A program made the position numbers and the translations under genes. This document shows positions 27,167-35,679 of a stretch of 42,465 bases of DNA, piece after piece. The notes beneath the pieces were generated by a model that was not told the origin of the DNA, did not search any database, and saw nothing but the letters and a program-made list of their open reading frames with translations. Position 1 is the stretch's first letter, and every line of letters starts with the position of its first letter. This DNA is from a virus (taxonomy: Duplodnaviria; Caudoviricetes), in the IMG/VR virus record IMGVR_UViG_3300019765_000007, positions 1 through 42,465 of that record. One strand, 5' to 3'.

Positions 27167-27373
27167 ATGAAAAGTAAATTTGCAGTTGCCATCGAAATGG
27201 CATTGATTCGACACCAAAAAAAGAAGATCTGGCTTGCTCAAGAATTAGGCATCTCTAGACAAATGGTTAGCAGAATGTTGAACGGCAAAACAGAAATAAC
27301 AACAACACGATTAGATGAAATCGCGCAAATACTAGAGATAAAAACATCAGAATTGATAGCGATGGCTGAATGA
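27167..27373 (+). CDS. Cro/XRE-like HTH regulator
   Basis: LAQELGISRQMVSRMLNGK...L.EIA.IL.I..SEL. Confidence 0.92.
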   Translation: MKSKFAVAIEMALIRHQKKKIWLAQELGISRQMVSRMLNGKTEITTTRLDEIAQILEIKTSELIAMAE

Positions 27374-28125
27374 TGAATTTTATTAGCGTAAAAAATTGGT
27401 CAGAATTACAGCACTACAAAGACCGATCACCCCCATGGATTAAATTGCATAATGCGCTACTCGATGACTATGCATTTTGTAATTTAACGGACGCCAGCAA
27501 GGCTCATTTGCTTGCTATCATGATGCTAGCAAGTCGCACCAACAACAAAATCCCCGCCGATCCTGACTGGATTTCTCGCAAAATTGGGGCAACTGACAAA
27601 ATAGATTTAAAAATCCTGATAGATAGCGGTTTTTTACAATCAGATCAATCACTTACACAATGCGAGCATGATGCTAGCATGATGCTACAGACAGCGGAGC
27701 AAAACGCTATAGAGAGGAGAGGAGAGGAGAGCAGAGCAGAGCAGAGCAGAGCAGAGGATATCGACAAGAAAAAAACGAGAAAACCGGAATCATTCAAACG
27801 ATTCTTTGAGTTATACCCGGACAATAAAAAGGGGGGGACAGACTCAACAGCGTGGAAAAAAGCAAAATCGCTTAAACTCAGTGAACACGATTTTGAATCA
27901 ATGATAATCGATATCGAAAAACGTAAATCACTATGTCCATCATGGTATGAGAAATATGCGCTTGGCATAACTCGCTACATGCAAGAAAAATTTTGGTTAA
28001 CACCAATCAATCCAGACAATATTATTTTAGAAAATGATAATTCCGCTGATCACAAACAACATGACAAAACCAGAAAAGAAGAAATAAGCCAGGCATTATC
28101 AGATATTCGTGATTTAGATTGGTAA
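27370..28125 (+). CDS. Phage replication initiator protein
   Basis: N-terminal QHYKDR.PPWIKLH winged-helix-like region, low-complexity repeat linker, F..F...YP..K C-domain; follows cro. Confidence 0.8.
   Translation: MMNFISVKNWSELQHYKDRSPPWIKLHNALLDDYAFCNLTDASKAHLLAIMMLASRTNNKIPADPDWISRKIGATDKIDLKILIDSGFLQSDQSLTQCEHDASMMLQTAEQNAIERRGEESRAEQSRAEDIDKKKTRKPESFKRFFELYPDNKKGGTDSTAWKKAKSLKLSEHDFESMIIDIEKRKSLCPSWYEKYALGITRYMQEKFWLTPINPDNIILENDNSADHKQHDKTRKEEISQALSDIRDLDW
27665..27755. repeat. Candidate replication origin repeats
   Basis: AGCATGATGCT x2 (27665-27686) and nine nnAGA pentamers (27711-27755). Confidence 0.6.
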
Positions 28126-28149
28126 TAATAAAAAATTGGAGAAACAAAA

Positions 28150-28743
28150 ATGCAATGCACTAAAGAGCAATTTTTAAAAGATGTTGAAAACCATTCAATG
28201 GAAATATTAAAAGACGATGGACTTTATCGGCATTTAAAATTCACGAATGGCGGTTCTCAAGTTTACAGATTTGATTTAATTACATGGCCTGGGCACTTAT
28301 GTATTTGCCAAGACATGGGCACTTATGTTTTTTCTAAACAGCCAGATATGTTTGATTTTTTCTATGATGGCGAAATTGCCATCAAACCGTCTTATTGGTC
28401 TGAGAAAGTGCAATCTCAGTGCAAGCAATCTCATATAGAACAATATAGCAAAGAGCAATTAATCGAAAACGTTTGGTATTGGTTTGAGAATTATTTTCAA
28501 TTTAAAGACGATGAAGAGAAGGCGGCAGTCAAAGAAGAAATCAACAAAGAAGTAATAAAATCTTTATCCGGATGTGAAATCCGAGATTATGACGTGGTTG
28601 TTGGCTACGAAAGCAGCTTTGGACATGAGTTTTTAGATTTTTTTGAAACTAGCAATCAAGAATACTCGTACCACTATTTGTGGTGCTGCTGGGCTATTGT
28701 TTGGGGTATAGGTCAATACAATAAATCAAAAGCCAACAACTAG
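28150..28743 (+). CDS. Conserved phage hypothetical protein
   Basis: DDGLYRHL.F...Y.FDL.TWPG.L...DMG.YVF and Y..HYLWCC.AI.WGI..Y. Confidence 0.75.
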   Translation: MQCTKEQFLKDVENHSMEILKDDGLYRHLKFTNGGSQVYRFDLITWPGHLCICQDMGTYVFSKQPDMFDFFYDGEIAIKPSYWSEKVQSQCKQSHIEQYSKEQLIENVWYWFENYFQFKDDEEKAAVKEEINKEVIKSLSGCEIRDYDVVVGYESSFGHEFLDFFETSNQEYSYHYLWCCWAIVWGIGQYNKSKANN

Positions 28744-28753
28744 GAATATTATT

Positions 28754-28996
28754 ATGACAGTTTTAAAAATTAGCAAAAAATTGTTATGTCCTTACTGCAA
28801 TGCAGCCTTTGGACGAAATTTTGAAATAGATTCTCTTTACTACAATCCTCCTGAAATTGCTACCTGCTGTGTAGAGGAAGGAGGGTGCGGTAAATACTTT
28901 GTTGTTTATTTTGATGTTACAGTAAACATAAACACCTCAAAGATTGAATTATTCGTGGAGAAACAAATCCATGATTCATGGATTATAAAAATCTAG
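28754..28996 (+). CDS. Zinc-ribbon protein
   Basis: CPYC ... CC....GCGKYF. Confidence 0.7.
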   Translation: MTVLKISKKLLCPYCNAAFGRNFEIDSLYYNPPEIATCCVEEGGCGKYFVVYFDVTVNINTSKIELFVEKQIHDSWIIKI

Positions 28997-29046
28997 ATCT
29001 GCTTTATATTGACAAATTAGATATATAATAAAAAGGAACACAAAAA

Positions 29047-29490
29047 ATGAATATCGACAACCTTAAATTATTGAAGCAAGGGCTTGAAGATAATTTCAAT
29101 AGATTTGAAAAACATTTCACAATGGATTTTCATAGAAGCAAAGAATCTGAGAATGGTTATGGCTTGGATGCAGTCGAATTTAAAAGCAAGACCGACAGTG
29201 GTTCTCACGGTTGTTTGCTTGGCTTGGCCCCGCTGCTTGACATTAAAGAGCTTGAGCCGGTAGAGAGCGATTATGGATACGAGAGTTTAGATTTTAATTC
29301 GTATTGCGGTAGGGTTTTTGGTATTGAGATAATATCGGACCCTATTTGGGATTATTTATTTGGTGGGTATTGGGTGGATTACGACAACACGCTGCAAGGC
29401 GCAATCAATCGACTAGAAAAAGTGATTTCCGGAGAAGTCGCAGAAGGAGATGCAAAAACTCTTTTGCCTTGGATTGATCGCGAACGATGA
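29047..29490 (+). CDS. Hypothetical protein, paralogue A
   Basis: Aligns end to end with 30535..30963. Confidence 0.8.
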   Translation: MNIDNLKLLKQGLEDNFNRFEKHFTMDFHRSKESENGYGLDAVEFKSKTDSGSHGCLLGLAPLLDIKELEPVESDYGYESLDFNSYCGRVFGIEIISDPIWDYLFGGYWVDYDNTLQGAINRLEKVISGEVAEGDAKTLLPWIDRER

Positions 29491-30095
29491 ATAAAATTCT
29501 GTTAAAAATAAAACAAAATGGCGAATTAGTGCCCGCTGATGAATTAAGTAATGAGCTTGTCAAAAAGTACAAGCCTGGAACTATTGTCAGTGTTAAGGTC
29601 ACTTCGGGGAGCGCTCGCAGTGTCGAGCATCACCGCAAATTTTTTGCACTGCTCTCAGTCACTATGGAACACTGGAATCCTGGGGACCGGATGGTGTCTA
29701 CGGCTGAGCAAAACGTTCTTAGATCGTTCTGTCAGTGGATTCATAGCCAGGCAGGGACGACACAAGAGCAGAATGCAGCCATTCTCCAAGCGTGTGCGAC
29801 GTTTTTAGAAGAAATTAATACCAAACGTAAGGGGGGAGGGATTGGTGAACCTGAGGCGTCTATAGAGTCGTTATTGGAATGGGTCAAAATGGGTGTCAAT
29901 CATGCCAAGTTGATACGATGCCCGGACGGAATAAGGAAGATTCCCAGATCGATTTCATTCTCAAAAATGTCTCAGGAGGATTTCGACGAGTTTTACAAAT
30001 CCGCTGTTAATTTATGCTGGCGCTATGTTCTTTCTAGCGTTATGCATGATCAGCGCGAGCTAGATGACGCGGTTAATAAGCTACTTAATTTTTAA
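29487..30095 (+). CDS. DUF1367-like nin-region protein
   Basis: R...HHRKFFALL and PRSISF.KM.Q..F.EFYK......W motifs. Confidence 0.8.
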   Translation: MNKILLKIKQNGELVPADELSNELVKKYKPGTIVSVKVTSGSARSVEHHRKFFALLSVTMEHWNPGDRMVSTAEQNVLRSFCQWIHSQAGTTQEQNAAILQACATFLEEINTKRKGGGIGEPEASIESLLEWVKMGVNHAKLIRCPDGIRKIPRSISFSKMSQEDFDEFYKSAVNLCWRYVLSSVMHDQRELDDAVNKLLNF

Positions 30096-30107
30096 TTGGT
30101 GTAAATT

Positions 30108-30518
30108 ATGGATGAAGTTATTTATTACTCTCACGTTGAAGACGATTTTTCAAACTCTAGTGAAGACATAGAAGAAGCGGCTTTGAATGCACTTGAATAT
30201 TATCTTGAATATTATGGAGAAGAGGAAAGAGAAACTGTTGAGGTTTTAACATTATTCAAAGGATTGTCTGTTAGGCAAACTTTTGATAAATATCTATCTG
30301 TTAATTCGATTATTGATGAAATGCAAAATTTAGCGTTTGAATATTGCGGTGAGTATGCAGAAAAATATCTTGATGATGTTTCTGAAGAGCAGAAAAAGGA
30401 ATTAGAAAATTTAATTATATCGTGGGCAGAAAGGCATGGAATAGAACCAGACTGGTGCATGGTCGAAAATATCGAAGAGATAAAGTATAAAATCCCTGAC
30501 GACTTTGATAGAAACTAA
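30108..30518 (+). CDS. Acidic hypothetical protein
   Basis: GEYAE.YL..V..EQ..ELE.LI..W......P. Confidence 0.7.
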   Translation: MDEVIYYSHVEDDFSNSSEDIEEAALNALEYYLEYYGEEERETVEVLTLFKGLSVRQTFDKYLSVNSIIDEMQNLAFEYCGEYAEKYLDDVSEEQKKELENLIISWAERHGIEPDWCMVENIEEIKYKIPDDFDRN

Positions 30519-30534
30519 AAAAGGAAAGTAAAAA

Positions 30535-30963
30535 ATGAACATTAAAAACCTAGAGATACTTAAGCAAGGGCTTGAAGATAATTTTGATAGAATTCAGTAT
30601 CGTTTTAATATGGAGCAATATAGATCTGTTCATACTGTTTCAGTCTTTTTTCCTAAAAGTTTCAAAAGCAAAACAGACTGTGGTTCTCACGGCTGTTTGC
30701 TTGGCCATGCTCCATTACTTGGCATCGAAGAGCTTGAGGCTTTAGCGGGTGATTTTTTACATGGTTCTCTAGATTTCCAAATATATTGCGAAAGGGTGTT
30801 TGGTATTTATGATCATAATTTTATTTGGAAATATTTATTTGCGTCTGAGTGGGCTGGATACGATAACACCCTACAGGGATCGATCAATCGCCTAGATAAA
30901 GTAATTTCCGGAAAAGTGACAGAAGAAAACGCGGAAGAGTTTTTGCCTTGGCGTAGAGGGTAA
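30535..30963 (+). CDS. Hypothetical protein, paralogue B (CGSHGCLLGH motif)
   Basis: Aligns end to end with 29047..29490. Confidence 0.8.
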   Translation: MNIKNLEILKQGLEDNFDRIQYRFNMEQYRSVHTVSVFFPKSFKSKTDCGSHGCLLGHAPLLGIEELEALAGDFLHGSLDFQIYCERVFGIYDHNFIWKYLFASEWAGYDNTLQGSINRLDKVISGKVTEENAEEFLPWRRG

Positions 30964-30967
30964 TAAA

Positions 30968-31111
30968 ATGGTTGCGTTTGTCACATGTAGTATTATTGTT
31001 AGTTGTTTTTTGATTTTTTTAAGAACAAATGATGGTTTTATCATTATGCTTTGCGAGTATATTATTTTAATAGTAATTTTTTCCTTAGTAACAGGGTTAA
31101 TTAAATTATGA
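30968..31111 (+). CDS. 47-aa two-TM membrane peptide
   Basis: MVAFVTCSIIVSCFLIFLRTNDGFIIMLCEYIILIVIFSLVTGLIKL; GAGGG SD; ATGA overlap with next gene. Confidence 0.55.
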   Translation: MVAFVTCSIIVSCFLIFLRTNDGFIIMLCEYIILIVIFSLVTGLIKL

Positions 31112-31674
31112 AGCTTTTGAAAATTCTATCAAAGATCGGCAAAGGCATTGTTAAAGAAGTACTGCCAGGCTCTAACATTATAGAAGCTGTTAGCAGTGTA
31201 CTTTCTACGCCTATTGATGACAAATCAACAGGCCATGACATTTTAGAAAAAATAGGCGAATTACCGGAAAGCGAGCAATCGAAACTTCTAGCGTTAGAAT
31301 TCGACATAGAGCTAGAGCAATTAAAACAAGAGCATGAGACGGTTAGGGCAATGTTCCACGCTGATACCGTGCAAAAGCACACCACAAGACCAAAAGTTAT
31401 TTTATTTTCTTTTTATATTTTTGCAGCTTGTACTATTGCTATAGTGGCAGGCTGGCTATTTGCGGTATTAACAGGTAATAGCGAGATGGTAAAATCTATT
31501 CAAGAAGGTTCACTATGGGTCGCAGCGATGCTGTCTCCTGTTGTTATATGGGTGAACCGATATTTTGGAATACTTAGAGATGAAGAAAGGACGCGACTTG
31601 AAGCTCACCAAAATGCATTGCAGCCAAAAAATACAGCATTGCATACAATCGCAAAGAGAATAATAGGGGGTTAA
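31108..31674 (+). CDS. Holin-like protein (GTA 3TM-holin-like)
   Basis: Amphipathic N-terminus, coiled coil, RP motif before two TMs, YFG..R. Confidence 0.55.
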   Translation: MKLLKILSKIGKGIVKEVLPGSNIIEAVSSVLSTPIDDKSTGHDILEKIGELPESEQSKLLALEFDIELEQLKQEHETVRAMFHADTVQKHTTRPKVILFSFYIFAACTIAIVAGWLFAVLTGNSEMVKSIQEGSLWVAAMLSPVVIWVNRYFGILRDEERTRLEAHQNALQPKNTALHTIAKRIIGG

Positions 31675-32022
31675 ATGGCTATAAAGGTTAAGAATTTAAA
31701 GTTTAAGCCAGTAGATACACCGCCTTGGTTAATGCCTCTGGAAAAGTGTAAATGTGGTTATGGCGAAGGATTTTATTGTAGAGGTTATAAAGACAGCAGA
31801 CATGAATACAATCCACATATTTGTGAGGAGAAAGCCACCGCTTTAAAAGGATCAGATAGAGCGCCAGTAGCGGTTATTTTTAGTCATATCGATGGTCGAA
31901 GGGTTGTTGTTAGAACCGGCGGAAAAGAGCATAGCTTCACGTACAAGAAATACGGTGATAGTTCTAATGCATTTAATGCTGCGATTCAATCTTGTAAGCC
32001 AGAATCAGACTTATTTAGTTAG
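31675..32022 (+). CDS. Hypothetical protein with CxCG N-terminus and AP2-like C-terminus
   Basis: CKCG.G and K..SF...KYG....AF.AAI pattern. Confidence 0.5.
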   Translation: MAIKVKNLKFKPVDTPPWLMPLEKCKCGYGEGFYCRGYKDSRHEYNPHICEEKATALKGSDRAPVAVIFSHIDGRRVVVRTGGKEHSFTYKKYGDSSNAFNAAIQSCKPESDLFS

Positions 32023-32030
32023 AGGATTCA

Positions 32031-32636
32031 ATGTCAAACAGCAAAAAAAAGTGCAGAAGCTGCAATAAATATTTTTTAGCATCAAGCGGTATACTCGCGC
32101 CGCTTGGTTTTTTTCATTCCGACGAATGCCGCTATAACTATTTCATCAAAAACCAACAAAAAGTTATAGAGCAATCAAATAAACTAGAAGATAAAAGAAT
32201 AAAAGCCTGGCAAAAAGAAAAGCGAAAAGAAATTAGAACAAGGAGTGATTGGTATGAAATACTCCAAAAACTAGTTAACCAATGGGTTGTGCACGTAAGA
32301 GATAAGGGAAAGCCGTGTTGCACGTGTGGCACAACAAAACCAAATATACAATATGATGCCGGACATTTTTTCACGAGAGCGGCAAGGCCGGATATAAGAT
32401 TCGAGCTAACAAATATACATAAGCAATGCTCTGTAAGATGCAACCAACACGGGTCAGGCATGCGGAAGGAGTACACAGAGTTTATTAAACAAAAATATGG
32501 TGAAGCCCATTTGAAATGGCTTGAAGAGCGTAAGCCTTTACTTAAAGACCAGTTTAAAGAAATTGCCGATATAGAAAGGGAGTGTCAAAGATACCGGCAA
32601 TTATTGAAAAAGGCAGGGATTAGGTATAGGGTTTAA
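32031..32636 (+). CDS. ninG: NinG/Rap-like recombination endonuclease
   Basis: KKCRSC, RD.G.PC.TCG, DAGH, RF...NIH.QC...CN.H.SG and G...L.WLE motifs. Confidence 0.92.
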   Translation: MSNSKKKCRSCNKYFLASSGILAPLGFFHSDECRYNYFIKNQQKVIEQSNKLEDKRIKAWQKEKRKEIRTRSDWYEILQKLVNQWVVHVRDKGKPCCTCGTTKPNIQYDAGHFFTRAARPDIRFELTNIHKQCSVRCNQHGSGMRKEYTEFIKQKYGEAHLKWLEERKPLLKDQFKEIADIERECQRYRQLLKKAGIRYRV

Positions 32637-32721
32637 TTATTTTCTCTATCACCATTTTAAGCATGGAAATTAAATATTGCGCATTTTCATATTCAATGTC
32701 TTGAAATGTTCGCTAATTTGT

Positions 32722-33174
32722 TTAAGATCCATTTCTCATACCTTCGGCGTAGCAATACGCCTCATAGTAGGTTTTGAATTTATAATCATTGGATACCAAT
32801 GATCTTGCATTTTTTATTTCTATATCTTCTATTTTCTTTTCTGCTTTAATCTTGTTTTTATTTCTTGCGCTGGGATTTTCAACAATTCTAGTATTTATTA
32901 TTGTGTTTGGCCCCTTTTCATCTATCAAACGAATTTGTTTTTTTTCTTTTATCGCGTCATAATTAAACAGCATTTTGTATATAACATGCAATGTTCTATA
33001 GCGAACACCGTTTAACTGAAGCTCTTTGTTATTTATTTTTTTATTATTAAGCTTGTTGGTTTTTTTTATTTTTGAATTAACAAAATGGTGTTGTGGCCTT
33101 TTCTTCCAAAATAAATCGCCGCTTTCACTGTCATAGCGAAAGCATTCGTTTAGATATTCTTGTTCAGGTAACAT
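32722..33174 (-). CDS. Degenerate HNH-endonuclease-like protein
   Basis: L.ECF.YD.ESG.LFWK.RP N-terminus, but no intact DH..G...DN...NL motif. Confidence 0.55.
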   Translation of the reverse strand: MLPEQEYLNECFRYDSESGDLFWKKRPQHHFVNSKIKKTNKLNNKKINNKELQLNGVRYRTLHVIYKMLFNYDAIKEKKQIRLIDEKGPNTIINTRIVENPSARNKNKIKAEKKIEDIEIKNARSLVSNDYKFKTYYEAYCYAEGMRNGS

Positions 33175-33584
33175 TAAAATGTGACTCCTATTGTTGCCAC
33201 TATAGCGTTACCAAAAAGCAACAACCTGGCGTTTACTCTTTGGTACGCTACTTTAGCGTAAGGTGCAAGCAATGGCAAAACGCGCTTTGTGCAATCTTCA
33301 GGGTCAGGCTGAAGTATGTTTTCATAGCAATATCCGTATGACGCGCCATACAGCACGCCAAAATATTTATTATATTGCCAATCTTTCCCTATAGCCGCTG
33401 TTTCTCGGCTAAAAGAATTGTCAAAATATGCAGCAAAATAGTTATTGTATCGTATTGCTACTAACTTGTTTTGTTCATTTTCATATCTGTAATTGATATG
33501 ATAGGTTTTGACACCCGCTATCACTTCAACATCTGCGATAGTGTTAAATGACAATAGAATCAATAATAAAGTTAAAAGTTTCAT
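33174..33584 (-). CDS. Secreted small beta-barrel outer-membrane protein, PagP-like
   Basis: Signal peptide, T.H, NE.N, YF.NS, G...GY, alternating beta strands, C-terminal Phe. Confidence 0.65.
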   Translation of the reverse strand: MKLLTLLLILLSFNTIADVEVIAGVKTYHINYRYENEQNKLVAIRYNNYFAAYFDNSFSRETAAIGKDWQYNKYFGVLYGASYGYCYENILQPDPEDCTKRVLPLLAPYAKVAYQRVNARLLLFGNAIVATIGVTF

Positions 33585-33949
33585 AATTCATTCTCATTTA
33601 ACAGTTTGTTTATTTGTATCTGTGTATTAAAAAATTCAATTCTATCTTTGTATTTTTTATATATAGAATTACCATATTTTGTTGCTTTCACATCTACGCA
33701 TCGACGGTTATCTATGTTTTTGGTTTTTGTTATCAGTTGTTTTTTTTGCATTCTGCTAGTTATGTTTGTAATCTCAGGCGGAGAACATAACAAACTATCA
33801 CATAATTGAGTCAAGTTAACTGTTTTATTAGATGATAATTCATGTAAAATCAAAAATTGCATGATGGTGATATCATCTTCATATAGAATATGATTTAAAT
33901 GCGATTTCAATTTATTGGTGCTGTTGAAGATATTTAAAATAATTTTCAT
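33581..33949 (-). CDS. MarR-family transcriptional regulator
   Basis: IT..QF.IL..L and IT....RM..K.LI.K.....D.R.V.V..T..G motifs. Confidence 0.9.
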   Translation of the reverse strand: MKIILNIFNSTNKLKSHLNHILYEDDITIMQFLILHELSSNKTVNLTQLCDSLLCSPPEITNITSRMQKKQLITKTKNIDNRRCVDVKATKYGNSIYKKYKDRIEFFNTQIQINKLLNENEL

Positions 33950-34025
33950 TTTTTTATCCTTTTTATAAAGTAAAGTCCGCTAATTACAGCGGCATAATTT
34001 TTTAGTGTATTTCTAGCAGTATCGA

Positions 34026-34916
34026 TTAGCCCTCCTTTTCAACAAATTCAATAAATGTCATTTCGACCTGATCCCTATAACCACGGCGGGACCAGTGGTC
34101 ATTTACGGTATCAAGCGCATGCTGCTCTGTGATGCTGTCGTACAGAGCTGCCATGACACGAGGGAGGACGTCGTCTTCTGTAAACTCTTTCGCATCCCTT
34201 TCGAGCTGTAAAGCGTAGCTGCCGGGGCAGCCGAAAAGCGCTAGGGGACAACGTTTTTCTTTTTCGATTGATTTGCAATACTGCTGTACTTTTTCAGCAT
34301 TTTTTTCGATTGAGCCTGGCGCAGTGAGCAAAGGGACGCTTTCTGCGTCGCTATCAATAAAAAACGCGAAACCATTACAGGCGTTTATATTGCGCTTCTC
34401 ATCTAACGATGAGACTAGGTATTTAAACATATCATTAGGATAAACGTTTGTTATTAAAACGTTTTTTGGATCGAGATTAAAAATTGTAGGGTTATCACGT
34501 GGTGTAAGAAAATCCCAAGTTTTAAACGGGAGGGATTTTTCTATGTGCTTTCGTAAACGTTGCGCGAATTGAGTATCTATACGTTTTTTTATAAAGCTTG
34601 TTTCTTTTGACGATAAAACATAGCTTAATCTATCCATTTTTATGTCAGCATGCGCGGTTGCGCATTTAACATTGTTGTCAGTTGGCTTGCTAAGCACGTC
34701 TTTAAAAAGTGACAAAAAATTCTCAAAAGCATTGCTTTCTTCAAAATTTATTTTCAAAGACTCAATAATTAAAGACCTGACACCTTCTGATAGCGCGTAG
34801 TCGTGCAACGCGCTAAAAACGTCTTTTATGTCAGTGCGATTTCTGATTGCAAAATGAAGGTTTTTTATTACATCAGTTTTAGTAAAAATATTGTGAACTG
34901 TCATGTTAAAGTACAT
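34026..34916 (-). CDS. Hypothetical protein, 296 aa
   Basis: Long ORF with AAGGA SD. Confidence 0.75.
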   Translation of the reverse strand: MYFNMTVHNIFTKTDVIKNLHFAIRNRTDIKDVFSALHDYALSEGVRSLIIESLKINFEESNAFENFLSLFKDVLSKPTDNNVKCATAHADIKMDRLSYVLSSKETSFIKKRIDTQFAQRLRKHIEKSLPFKTWDFLTPRDNPTIFNLDPKNVLITNVYPNDMFKYLVSSLDEKRNINACNGFAFFIDSDAESVPLLTAPGSIEKNAEKVQQYCKSIEKEKRCPLALFGCPGSYALQLERDAKEFTEDDVLPRVMAALYDSITEQHALDTVNDHWSRRGYRDQVEMTFIEFVEKEG

Positions 34917-34941
34917 GTTATTAATTCCTTTTATTAATTAA

Positions 34942-35676
34942 TTAATGAGAATGGTATTTTTCAATTGAATCAAAAGAGCACTCAATCCACGCGGTTGACG
35001 CGTTACACACGTCTCCACGGCTCTGAAACCATATAGCGCGGTTGGCTGGCGCTCCTTTATAAGCCTCTTTTAAAAAAGTGGGCTCTTTTCTGTTTAAATC
35101 GGTGAGGTGGCTGCCGTCTAGGCCCACCCAGTGACGGGCGTTAGGCCCGCATTCGTCTACAATCTCAGAGGGGACATAGCTGACAAAATCCTCGTGAGTG
35201 GCAAAGCATATAGCGTCGCCACTAATTTTTTTTATCTTATTTTCAAAAATTAAAAACACGTCGCCATTTTCATCCATCCCTGTCCCCCTAAGGGATTTAG
35301 GGTTTACGATATGAAACTTGTCGCTTGGCAGGTTCTTATAACGATAATACGGGGTTTCTACTAGCTTCAATCGCTTGCCAAAAAATTCACAAGTAACGTC
35401 TCTTGGCGGATGCTGTATTGGGCCGTAGCCCAAATAAAAATAATCCCCTTCCTCGCTCTTGAGGACAGGGTGTCCAGCGGACATGCCTTGGCGCGTGTGG
35501 ACTCGAACCACTTGCGGCTCAAGACCGCGAAAAATGGTTGGCCCGTGAGCTTTTTCTAAGATCTTTTTTATTGGCGTTTTGATGAACTCAGCAAGTGTCA
35601 GATCAGTGTATTTTTGTTGAGAGCCACTTTTCGATTCGATGTAAATCTTTTGGGTGTCTTTAAGAAAATGTAACAT
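34942..35676 (-). CDS. Hypothetical protein, 244 aa
   Basis: Long ORF with AAGGA SD. Confidence 0.75.
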   Translation of the reverse strand: MLHFLKDTQKIYIESKSGSQQKYTDLTLAEFIKTPIKKILEKAHGPTIFRGLEPQVVRVHTRQGMSAGHPVLKSEEGDYFYLGYGPIQHPPRDVTCEFFGKRLKLVETPYYRYKNLPSDKFHIVNPKSLRGTGMDENGDVFLIFENKIKKISGDAICFATHEDFVSYVPSEIVDECGPNARHWVGLDGSHLTDLNRKEPTFLKEAYKGAPANRAIWFQSRGDVCNASTAWIECSFDSIEKYHSH

Positions 35677-35679
35677 TTT

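Noticed and set aside
29009-29029. TTGACA and TATAAT as one promoter
   Set aside because: The spacer is only 9 bp.
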